Shown in pieces: positions 7,013 to 13,797 of a DNA stretch of 36,515 bases. The stretch is taken from the IMG/VR virus record IMGVR_UViG_3300045988_017193, positions 1 through 36,515 of that record, one strand, 5' to 3'. The position numbers were made by a program, and so were the translations under genes. Every line of letters begins with the position of its first letter. The stretch's first letter is position 1. This stretch comes from a virus. The notes below the pieces were generated by a model that worked only from the letters and a program-made list of their open reading frames with translations, was not told the origin of the DNA and did no database searches.

Positions 7013-7272
7013 GATTCTTCCCTCCAGCATTCCGGGACTCCCAGCTGCAAAGCTCCCTCCCGGGTGTCCGCTCCGCAATGGTTTCCGTCGTCATCCAGGA
7101 ACAACCACCTCTCTGCTTCCTCTTTGGTCGGCTCCGTTCCAGGGCCCCACGCAACGATCCCCGCAGTTATGAAGTCCTGTACCTGTCCCACGATTCCCAG
7201 CAATGTCGTGCGGTCGTCGCTGACTACCTTTCGGATCGTACTGGTGTCTCCGCGTCTTTTTAATAGTTTCAT
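7009..7272 (-). CDS. Hypothetical protein (87 aa)
   Basis: Start at MKLLKRRGD after TAGGAGGCGGAAGT. Confidence 0.55.
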   Translation of the reverse strand: MKLLKRRGDTSTIRKVVSDDRTTLLGIVGQVQDFITAGIVAWGPGTEPTKEEAERWLFLDDDGNHCGADTREGALQLGVPECWREES

Positions 7273-7283
7273 ACTTCCGCCTC

Positions 7284-7496
7284 CTAATAGTCCTGCTCCC
7301 TGCAGGTGTCGTCGATCTGCTGCAAAGGATCCGAACGGCGTCCCCATCTTACTCCGTCGGCGTCTTCCAGCGTTTCGATGTAGCCGTCCAGGATGAACGC
7401 CGGGTCGTATCCGGTTTCTTCTGCGGTCAGCTCCGCACGTCTCATTAAATAGTTTTTGAATGCTTCTGCCTGTTTTGCGCTAATATTGATACTCAT
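7284..7496 (-). CDS. Hypothetical protein (70 aa)
   Basis: RBS TAGGAGGATGTA precedes the ATG. The protein is acidic. Confidence 0.6.
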   Translation of the reverse strand: MSINISAKQAEAFKNYLMRRAELTAEETGYDPAFILDGYIETLEDADGVRWGRRSDPLQQIDDTCREQDY

Positions 7497-7505
7497 TACA
7501 TCCTC

Positions 7506-7661
7506 CTATCTTCTCGGCATCTTGCGATACCGTTCTGCGATGCGGTGCTTTCTGGAATATGCCCAGTAGATCGGCATGGTCCAGTCATCCCATTTTTCGA
7601 CTGCCGCCACCAGCTGTTCCACTGTGAAGATGTTATTTTTTAATTTTGGAGATTTGTACAT
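7506..7661 (-). CDS. First gene of the leftward early operon (Cro position), 51 aa, not in the ORF track
   Basis: MYKSPKLKNNIFTVEQLVAAVEKWDDWTMPIYWAYSRKHRIAERYRKMPRR. RBS CAGGGAGGAAAGAAAA. It lies directly downstream of the leftward promoter. Confidence 0.5.
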   Translation of the reverse strand: MYKSPKLKNNIFTVEQLVAAVEKWDDWTMPIYWAYSRKHRIAERYRKMPRR

Positions 7662-7690
7662 TTTTCTTTCCTCCCTGTTTTTTCCTTTTT

Positions 7691-7705
7691 GTTGGGTTTA
7701 CAAAC
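7691..7705. promoter_or_regulatory. Operator-like half of an inverted repeat (GTTGGGTTTACAAAC)
   Basis: It pairs with 7744-7758 (reverse complement GTTGGGTAAGCAAAC), 12/15 identical. The two sites bracket the leftward promoter. Confidence 0.45.
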
Positions 7706-7734
7706 ATGATAATATGGTGAGCCAACATTGTCAA
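7706..7734 (-). promoter_or_regulatory. Leftward early promoter (TTGACA-17-TATCAT)
   Basis: On the minus strand, TTGACA (7734-7729) is followed by a 17-nt spacer and TATCAT (7711-7706). It sits ~45 nt upstream of the first early ORF. Confidence 0.65.
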
Positions 7735-7743
7735 GTTCTTTTT

Positions 7744-7758
7744 GTTTGCTTACCCAAC
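7744..7758. promoter_or_regulatory. Operator-like half of an inverted repeat (GTTTGCTTACCCAAC)
   Basis: See 7691-7705. Confidence 0.45.
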
Positions 7759-7764
7759 TTTTTA

Positions 7765-7793
7765 TTGACCCGCTTCACTAGTCGGGTTATAAT
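7765..7793 (+). promoter_or_regulatory. Rightward promoter for the repressor/lysogeny operon (TTGACC-17-TATAAT)
   Basis: TTGACC at 7765-7770, a 17-nt spacer containing the ACTAGT palindrome, and TATAAT at 7788-7793. It lies 28 nt upstream of the repressor ATG, which has RBS AAGGGAGGA. Confidence 0.7.
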
Positions 7794-7820
7794 GAGCCTA
7801 CAAGGGAGGAACGGAAAACA

Positions 7821-8195
7821 ATGACGATCGGAGAAAGAGTAAAAACATTAAGAAAAGAATTGGGGCTCACGCTTGAGAAATTTGCGAATCCTATTGGTAT
7901 TCACAGAGGTTCATTGTCCGCAATTGAAAACGATAAAAGTGGAATGAGCGATCGGACTCTTCTGGCTATCTGCCGCGAATACGGCGTATCAGAGAGGTGG
8001 CTGCGCGATGGTGAGGGCGAGATGTTCGTTCCGGTAACCAGAAATGAGAAGATCGCCCGGTTTGCAGGAGAACTGATGAAGGACGAGACGCCGGACTTTC
8101 GGCGGCAGCTGGTCGAGATCCTGGCAGATCTGAACGACGAGCAGTGGGACGCCCTGGCGGACTTTGCAGAAAAACTTGCGAATATAAAAAAATAG
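7821..8195 (+). CDS. XRE-family (CI-like) phage repressor
   Basis: The N-terminal HTH is IGERVKTLRKELGLTLEKFANPIGIHRGSLSAIENDKSG. The gene is divergent from the early operon. Confidence 0.85.
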   Translation: MTIGERVKTLRKELGLTLEKFANPIGIHRGSLSAIENDKSGMSDRTLLAICREYGVSERWLRDGEGEMFVPVTRNEKIARFAGELMKDETPDFRRQLVEILADLNDEQWDALADFAEKLANIKK

Positions 8196-8208
8196 AGCAG
8201 GCACCCGC

Positions 8209-8328
8209 CTACTCTATCATCCCCCGGATGAACTGGTACAGTAGTTTTAGCTGCTCGAAGCTTAGCCGCTTCAGCATGCCCTTGATCTGCTCTTCATAAA
8301 ATCTTTTTCCCTCTCGATTCGCTTTCAT
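8209..8328 (-). CDS. Small ORF (39 aa, not in the track) convergent with the repressor
   Basis: MKANREGKRFYEEQIKGMLKRLSFEQLKLLYQFIRGMIE. Strong RBS AAGAGGAGGAG sits 7 nt upstream. Confidence 0.4.
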   Translation of the reverse strand: MKANREGKRFYEEQIKGMLKRLSFEQLKLLYQFIRGMIE

Positions 8329-8445
8329 GATGGACTCCTCCTCTTCTTAATTCAATTCTAATACTTTAATCCGCTTTCCGGATCAGTGTCTTCTTTTTAA
8401 ATTCTATGTGATTTCGACAAGATCCGGCGGAGAAAGGAGCGTTTC

Positions 8446-9204
8446 ATGAAATTCTATCAGAAAAACTGGTTCGTTATTTTGATGCTGGTCTTGTTTTTCC
8501 CCGTGGGGCTATTCCTGATGTGGAAATATACGAACTGGCGAAATTATGCAAAAATCATTGTCACTGTCGTGATCGCACTTCTCGTCGTTGTCAGCTACGT
8601 TTCACCGACCGACTATTCTTCCACACCCGACCAATCTGCATCTGTTCAAACACAGAAATCTGAAAAAACTACGAAATCTAAAAAAGAAACAAAAAAAGAA
8701 AACGAGAAAACTAAAGAACAAAAAGAAACAAAAAAAGAAAAAGCTGCAGCTGAAAAGCAAGAGAAGAAAGCCGCAGCCCAGGCGCTGGATTCCCAGCTTT
8801 ATAACTGCTACCGAAAAGGAGCTGCTTTGTTTGACTCGTTTTCCGAATTAGGCGATTCCGCTTCCAGCGACAAAGCCTACTCTCTACTTGGAAACATGGA
8901 ACAGGATTGCGAAAATATTTATAAAATTCTTGATGGCCTGAAGATCAAGGACCGAAAAAACGGCAAAGGCTCCGAAGACTATGAGGATGCTGTGCGGTAC
9001 TATGTTGATTGCGTCTATCTATTCTCAGGACACATGCAAAAATACATAGACAGCGGCAAGGAAAAGCACTACAGCTCTGCCATGAAAGATCTGTCTGCCG
9101 CTTCATCTGCAAAATCTGACATTGATACAGCGCGCAAGGCTTTTTTGAAGTCGGCCGGATTTTCTGCGGATGAAATTTCTGAAATCGTTGATTCTGAAAA
9201 ATAG
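8446..9204 (+). CDS. Lysogeny-module membrane protein with two N-terminal TM segments and a Lys/Glu-rich low-complexity linker
   Basis: NWFVILMLVLFFPVGLFLMW and IIVTVVIALLVVVSYV, then KSEKTTKSKKETKKENEKTKEQKETKKEKAAAEKQEKK. RBS GAAAGGAG. Confidence 0.8.
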   Translation: MKFYQKNWFVILMLVLFFPVGLFLMWKYTNWRNYAKIIVTVVIALLVVVSYVSPTDYSSTPDQSASVQTQKSEKTTKSKKETKKENEKTKEQKETKKEKAAAEKQEKKAAAQALDSQLYNCYRKGAALFDSFSELGDSASSDKAYSLLGNMEQDCENIYKILDGLKIKDRKNGKGSEDYEDAVRYYVDCVYLFSGHMQKYIDSGKEKHYSSAMKDLSAASSAKSDIDTARKAFLKSAGFSADEISEIVDSEK

Positions 9205-9218
9205 AGGTGGTATGTATG

Positions 9219-10772
9219 AGAATCGCAATCTATGCTCGAAAAAGTGCTTTTTCCGATAAAAGCGAAAGCGTGCACAACCAGGATCGGATGTGCCGCGAAT
9301 ACTGTGCTCTTCACTTTCCAGGAGAACACGTTTTTGTGAATTATGCTGACGAGGACAAGACCGGGGCGAACACGAACCGGCCAGCGCTGCAAAAGATGAT
9401 GCGAGATGTTCACGCCGGGATCATCGATCTTTTGGTCGTGTACCAGTTGGATCGGCTTACCCGTGACGTGCGGGACTACTGTAATCTATCCGCCGAACTG
9501 AATGATTGCGGCGTTCATTTCACATCGGTGAAAGAAGCTGTTGATACATCCACCCCGATCGGCGAGGCATTATCGACTCTTTCTGCTGTTTTTGCGCAGA
9601 TGGAGCGTAAGACGCTTTCAAACCGTGTTTACGATAACATGATGGGCTTGGCGCGCGCCGGATGGTGGACAGGCGGGAATCTTCCCTGCGGCTACACTGC
9701 CCGGAGAGTCGTAGAGAACGGCAAGCCTCACACTCTTCTCGTTCCGGATCCAGAAAAGGCAGAGCAGTTAGTCACCGTTTTCAATCTATTTGTGGAACGT
9801 GGTTCGTCTTTTTGTTCGTTCGCATCATTTGCGCAGACGAATGATTGCTTTGATGTGTTCGGAATTCCATCAGCTTCTCAGGTTCGACGTGTGATCACGT
9901 CCCCTTATGGCGCTCCAGCTAATAAAGATTTGCGTGACTACTATCTTTCGATCGGAGCGAACGTGATCGGGGCGGAGTCCGACTGGGATGGCACCCACGG
10001 TGTGATGCGGTATGGGGTGACTGATCAGCGAAATGGAAATGCCACGAATCCCCGCACGGCATGGATCGTGTGCCCCGGACGGCACGAGCCTATTCTGCCA
10101 GCAGATCTCTGGCTCGCCGCGCAAGATCAGGTCAAGTCAAATATGTTCTGCAAGCAAGCTAAGCATCCCCCAGTGCTCTTAAAGGGAATCCTTCGCTGCA
10201 AATGCGGGCGCATGATGTCTCCAGTCCGCTCACGGTACAAGGGCAAGGTGTACATCTCGTACCGCTGCACTCGCACCGGCGAGGTCGGGCGAAAGTCTCC
10301 TGACTGTGTATCAGCCTGCCGGGACTATGTTCTGGATGAAAAAGTTTTGTCCGTCTTCCGAGAAATTGAAAGAGATCCGGATGTTATAAAAAAATATTCC
10401 CCGGCGGCACCAGCTACCGATCAGGATGCGCTCCACAAAAAAGAAAAGGAAATTGAATCACTACAGAAAAAGATCGGCAATCTGTCGTCCGCTCTAGCTA
10501 TCAATCCGGAGTCGACAGCGGCGAAGTACATCATTGCAGATATGGAGTCCCTGGATTCGCAGATCCAGAAGAAGCAGATGGAGCTGGCCGGACTGCAAGC
10601 GAACAGGCTGACGGCAGCGCAGGCAGAAAAGGAACTGTTCGAGAAACAAAAAGAGATTGCCCGACTAGTGCAGAATCTGGACGACCTGCCGCCAGAAGAA
10701 CAGAACAAGATCGCCCGCAGCGTACTGCGCAAATGTGTGTGGGATGGGGATACTCTTTTTTTAGAGTTTTGA
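9219..10772 (+). CDS. int: Large serine recombinase (integrase)
   Basis: MRIAIYARKS (catalytic Ser context), VVYQLDRLTRD, a recombinase domain, the Cys cluster CKCGRMMSPV...YRCTR and a C-terminal coiled coil. Start is at MRIAIY, 5 nt after GAGGTGG. Confidence 0.9.
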   Translation, partial: RIAIYARKSAFSDKSESVHNQDRMCREYCALHFPGEHVFVNYADEDKTGANTNRPALQKMMRDVHAGIIDLLVVYQLDRLTRDVRDYCNLSAELNDCGVHFTSVKEAVDTSTPIGEALSTLSAVFAQMERKTLSNRVYDNMMGLARAGWWTGGNLPCGYTARRVVENGKPHTLLVPDPEKAEQLVTVFNLFVERGSSFCSFASFAQTNDCFDVFGIPSASQVRRVITSPYGAPANKDLRDYYLSIGANVIGAESDWDGTHGVMRYGVTDQRNGNATNPRTAWIVCPGRHEPILPADLWLAAQDQVKSNMFCKQAKHPPVLLKGILRCKCGRMMSPVRSRYKGKVYISYRCTRTGEVGRKSPDCVSACRDYVLDEKVLSVFREIERDPDVIKKYSPAAPATDQDALHKKEKEIESLQKKIGNLSSALAINPESTAAKYIIADMESLDSQIQKKQMELAGLQANRLTAAQAEKELFEKQKEIARLVQNLDDLPPEEQNKIARSVLRKCVWDGDTLFLEF

Positions 10773-10842
10773 TTTATGTATTTTTGTGACTGTTGAGACT
10801 GCAATAGAATCAAAAAGATGCAAAAAAACATTTGAAAAGGTA

Positions 10843-10871
10843 TTGACACGCCACTCATTGAGTGTTATAAT
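10843..10871 (+). promoter_or_regulatory. Perfect consensus sigma-70-type promoter (TTGACA-17-TATAAT) with a palindrome in the spacer
   Basis: TTGACA at 10843-48 and TATAAT at 10866-71. The spacer contains CACTCA-T-TGAGTG at 10852-10864. Confidence 0.75.
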
Positions 10872-10902
10872 TAAGATACATTAAAGGAAGGGAGGTGGTG
10901 AT

Positions 10903-10995
10903 GTGAATGATCCCATAGAAATAATAAAAGACCTGCTCGAGATCATCGTTCTTCTCGAAACGCTTCGAACGATTGAAGAGAAGAAAGATGAGTAG
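10903..10995 (+). CDS. 30-codon mini-ORF (GTG start). The transcript could alternatively act as a small RNA.
   Basis: GGGAGGTGG RBS sits 7 nt before the GTG. The product is VNDPIEIIKDLLEIIVLLETLRTIEEKKDE. A strong terminator follows immediately. Confidence 0.35.
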   Translation: MNDPIEIIKDLLEIIVLLETLRTIEEKKDE

Positions 10996-11002
10996 CAGGT
11001 CA

Positions 11003-11031
11003 AGGGCGGAAGCTTCCGCCCTCCCTTTCTT
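11003..11031 (+). terminator. Rho-independent terminator
   Basis: A perfect 10-bp palindrome AGGGCGGAAG/CTTCCGCCCT is followed by CCCTTTCTT. Confidence 0.75.
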
Positions 11032-11060
11032 GGGATTTCATTTTACCACATCACAAGATT

Positions 11061-11204
11061 ATGAACAAGAAAAAAATAAACATCTTATTGCTGGTGCTAT
11101 TCGTCCTGATCGTTCTGGACGATACCCACGGGTGGCTGGACGCCGTAAAAATCGGATTGATTGCCGCCTGCGGGATCTTAAACAATCGTAACGCTAACAT
11201 TTAA
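11061..11204 (+). CDS. 47-aa hydrophobic peptide (candidate small membrane protein)
   Basis: MNKKKINILLLVLFVLIVLDDTHGWLDAVKIGLIAACGILNNRNANI. No clear SD. It ends 14 nt before the next gene. Confidence 0.35.
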   Translation: MNKKKINILLLVLFVLIVLDDTHGWLDAVKIGLIAACGILNNRNANI

Positions 11205-11218
11205 CGGAGGTACAACAA

Positions 11219-11854
11219 ATGAGAAGAGTATTTTTAGAATCAAACGGATACAACATGATCGGATTTATTTTTAGCGATGGTATGGTCGCATTTGACTGCA
11301 CCACGATCGACGAAGCCATCCACATGGACTACAGCGGCGTTCGCGGCTGCAAATCTGCAGAAGAAGCGGCTGTTAACTGCAACACAGAAGTGATCCCATT
11401 CATCGAAGACGAATGGGAATCCGTCGTAGAAATCGGCGAGATTAAAATTGCCCGCCAGAACGCAGGCATCAGTCAGCAGCAGATGTCGAATCTGTTCGAC
11501 ATCCCAAAAAGAACGATTGAAAATTGGGAATCCGGATCCAGATCCTGTCCGGAATGGGCGGAGGATATGATCGTCGAAAAACTGAATCGTTTCCAGCACA
11601 GACGTCCGATCATGCACGCAATCGCACGCCAGATCGACTGGCTGTGGGATGTGATCTGCAATCCGAAAAACGAAGGAAAAGATATGACTGCGCACGAAGA
11701 TGACATCATCGCGCTTGCGAATGAATATTTTTCCCTGCGTGGTCATTCCGGAAGAGTCTCTTTTGTCGCAGGAATGGATGACGAAGCGAACACGGTTTCT
11801 GCAATTCGCGACATGGTCTATCAGGATCGGGGGGAAGACAATGAATCGTGTTAA
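11219..11854 (+). CDS. Accessory protein with a central XRE/MqsA-like HTH
   Basis: IKIARQNAGISQQQMSNLFDIPKRTIENWESGSRSCPEW. RBS AACGGAGG. It is on the plus strand next to the integrase, among otherwise minus-strand genes. Confidence 0.8.
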   Translation: MRRVFLESNGYNMIGFIFSDGMVAFDCTTIDEAIHMDYSGVRGCKSAEEAAVNCNTEVIPFIEDEWESVVEIGEIKIARQNAGISQQQMSNLFDIPKRTIENWESGSRSCPEWAEDMIVEKLNRFQHRRPIMHAIARQIDWLWDVICNPKNEGKDMTAHEDDIIALANEYFSLRGHSGRVSFVAGMDDEANTVSAIRDMVYQDRGEDNESC

Positions 11855-11936
11855 GGATCTTTCCGGTCAGAGATTTGGTCGGCTGGTAGTTCTGCAACGC
11901 AAAGAAATAAGAGGGCATCAGAGCCCTCTTTTTTAA
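11841..11936 (+). pseudogene. 31-codon truncated ORF with an N-terminal DLSGQRFGRLVV motif
   Basis: MNRVKDLSGQRFGRLVVLQRKEIRGHQSPLF*. The G-x-RFGRL-x-V start is that of a widespread phage protein family, normally more than 100 aa. Here the ORF runs into the terminator. Confidence 0.35.
11910..11934. terminator. Bidirectional rho-independent terminator between convergent units
   Basis: AGAGGGC-atcaga-GCCCTCT is followed by TTTTT on the plus strand and TATTTCTTT on the minus strand. It overlaps both stop codons. Confidence 0.7.
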
Positions 11937-12370
11937 TACATGAAATATTTTGCTATCTTATCCGGTTTTGCATCTTCGTCGTTTATGAAATCATATGCCA
12001 GATTGAAGTAGAAGTCTGCATCGTCCTGTCCGATGATCTTGGCGGTGCGGCTGTAGTCGTTTACCATCATATTCATTACCAGGTAGTAGTCAGTGACATG
12101 ATCGTTTATCCCTTTTTCCTGCAGGTATTCGGCGATGTCTTCCCGGCTCCAGCGCTGACCGTATGGGATCATGCCCTGGACGATCCGGGCAGCCTCTTCC
12201 GGCTCGATCTGGTAGGCTACCTGCTCGGCTTTTTTGACGTAGTCCCGGTACTTCTCCGGGAAATTATCTTTTAAAAAATCCGCCATTTCATAGTAGACCA
12301 GATCCATCGCCTGTTTTTTCTCGACGCTTTTTCCTGCATAGACGGCGTCGGATATTTCTCGAAGATCCAT
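11933..12370 (-). CDS. Hypothetical protein (145 aa), last gene of the post-lysis cassette
   Basis: I prefer the ATG start MDLREISD, 5 nt after AGGTGG; the track starts at an upstream GTG. The protein is acidic and aromatic-rich. Confidence 0.7.
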   Translation of the reverse strand: MDLREISDAVYAGKSVEKKQAMDLVYYEMADFLKDNFPEKYRDYVKKAEQVAYQIEPEEAARIVQGMIPYGQRWSREDIAEYLQEKGINDHVTDYYLVMNMMVNDYSRTAKIIGQDDADFYFNLAYDFINDEDAKPDKIAKYFMY

Positions 12371-12379
12371 GACGGCCAC

Positions 12380-12814
12380 CTAGCACAGTTTCACGACGGA
12401 CAGATTCGCGTTTGCAAAATTTGCGGCGACGCCGATATTTTTTACCGTCAGGACTGCGGCGTTATTTACGCATGCGCAGGACTGCGGCACTTCGATGATC
12501 GTTTCGAATGCCGGATTTACTACCGCAGTAGCATTGGCGCTCGTTGCCTGGGCGATAGCCCCGGGCACGTCTGCGCCGTTTTTTTGCAGCTGTACTGCCA
12601 CATCTCCTGCGGTGCCGCTCTCTACGGCGATACCGTTAAACGCGATCTGATACAGTCCCGGTTTTCGGATCGTCACGGATCCGGTGCCGTTTGCAAACTC
12701 CACAGCACATCCGGTTTTTTGCGAATTATTAAATTTTAAAACGTCATTTACTGCAGCCGCCTGGGCAGACAGGTTCCACGCCTGCAGCGTACTCTTTTTA
12801 TAAATATTATTCAT
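12380..12814 (-). CDS. C1q/TNF-like (BclA C-terminal-domain-like) jelly-roll protein candidate
   Basis: Start at MNNIYKK after GAAAGGAAAGAG. GSVTIRKPGLYQIAFNGIAVESGTAGDVAVQLQKNGADVPGA ... AVLTVKN....LSVVKLC follows the BclA-C/C1q-like strand pattern. Confidence 0.65.
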   Translation of the reverse strand: MNNIYKKSTLQAWNLSAQAAAVNDVLKFNNSQKTGCAVEFANGTGSVTIRKPGLYQIAFNGIAVESGTAGDVAVQLQKNGADVPGAIAQATSANATAVVNPAFETIIEVPQSCACVNNAAVLTVKNIGVAANFANANLSVVKLC

Positions 12815-12833
12815 TTTCTCTTTCCTTTCTACG

Positions 12834-12860
12834 AAAAAAGAGCGGCATGACACCGCTCTT
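12834..12860 (-). terminator. Intra-cassette rho-independent terminator or attenuator
   Basis: On the minus strand, AAGAGCGG-tgtcatg-CCGCTCTT is followed by TTTT. It lies 19 nt after the stop of the 219-aa gene. Confidence 0.65.
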
Positions 12861-12878
12861 TCGGGGTGTAGCCATACA

Positions 12879-13538
12879 CTAGTAGCTGCCACAGCATCCG
12901 CCGTTCGCAGCGTATGGGCTGCAGGTGATGTATGCCGGTTTGGCAACGGGCTGCAGCTGATTGATCAGGTATGCATTCTGCGCACACTGGCTGTTTGCCA
13001 GTTTTTCGTCCTGCAGACGATCCCGCAGATCCTGCATCACATTGGCATTGATCAGTGCCCTGGTGGCTTCGCCTTCTGCGTGGATCGCGTTGGCGATCTC
13101 GCATGTCTGCTGCGAATTTTCGTAGCGTACTGCGTCGATGTTGCGATTTGTTTCGCAGCAACAGTTCTGCTGTGCAAAACGGTTTTCTGCTATCGCTCTT
13201 TCGGTGCCGAAAAAGCCCTGCTGCATCTGCGCGGTCTGTCCAGAAAATCCGTTCAGGATCCCGTTGTTCATCGCATAGAATCCATCACACAGACCGTCCT
13301 GGATCCCCAGCACGGATCTATTCAGATTGTTGAAATTGAATTCATTACACAGATCTGCCCTAGTCAGCGCTCCTTCGGCTGCGCCCTGGTTTCCGAATCC
13401 GAAGCCGCCGCCACCGCCGCCCCAGGCGAGCAGGAAGAACAGCATCATTACCCACATCCAGGCACCGCCGTTGTCGCTATCTCCGCCGCCTACACTATAG
13501 ACTGGCTGTGCTGCTGGGCTCATCGTTTCCATTCCCAT
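12879..13538 (-). CDS. Membrane-anchored protein with a Gly run and 9 Cys (CCC and CC clusters)
   Basis: TM segment AWMWVMMLFFLLAW, then GGGGGGFGFG, then ..QQNCCCETNR.. and the C-terminus ..ITCSPYAANGGCCGSY. RBS AAAGGGGGA. Confidence 0.8.
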   Translation of the reverse strand: MGMETMSPAAQPVYSVGGGDSDNGGAWMWVMMLFFLLAWGGGGGGFGFGNQGAAEGALTRADLCNEFNFNNLNRSVLGIQDGLCDGFYAMNNGILNGFSGQTAQMQQGFFGTERAIAENRFAQQNCCCETNRNIDAVRYENSQQTCEIANAIHAEGEATRALINANVMQDLRDRLQDEKLANSQCAQNAYLINQLQPVAKPAYITCSPYAANGGCCGSY

Positions 13539-13602
13539 GATCTTATCCCCCTTTCTTCAAATTTTATTTCATGCCAAATTGGCTGAAATTCTGTATTAAT
13601 TG

Positions 13603-13797
13603 TTAGTAATTGATGCCACGTTCCCGGCACAGATTCCGCACGATCTGTTCGACCTGCTGCGGACTCTTGCCCTGTGCCATCTGCATAGCGCGAGTGAACG
13701 TAGGATCACCGCTAAACATTTGCTGCATCATTTGCAGCGGGTTTTGCGCGGCCTTTAGCTGACCGAACGCCTGCATCATTTGCACTGGATTTAACAT
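13603..13797 (-). CDS. Small Gln/Met-rich protein (64 aa)
   Basis: MLNPVQMMQAFGQLKAAQNPLQMMQQMFSGDP...NLCRERGINY. RBS AAAGGAGAG sits 8 nt upstream. Confidence 0.65.
   Translation of the reverse strand: MLNPVQMMQAFGQLKAAQNPLQMMQQMFSGDPTFTRAMQMAQGKSPQQVEQIVRNLCRERGINY

Noticed and set aside
8640-8770. An A-rich repetitive tract that could be mistaken for a tandem repeat or CRISPR-like array
   Set aside because: It is in frame within the 252-aa membrane protein and encodes the Lys/Glu-rich linker. There are no spacer-repeat alternation and no cas genes.
10973-11191. A 72-aa plus-strand ORF downstream of the integrase
   Set aside because: It reads through the perfect 10-bp terminator palindrome and has no SD. 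The region is better explained by the mini-ORF/terminator unit and the 47-aa hydrophobic ORF in other frames.
12829-13586. Alternative ORFs overlapping the 219-aa Cys-rich gene (110 aa on the minus strand, 168 and 92 aa on the plus strand)
   Set aside because: They have no RBS and their compositions are Arg-rich or Cys-rich. The 219-aa frame has a strong SD, a TM helix and a following terminator.
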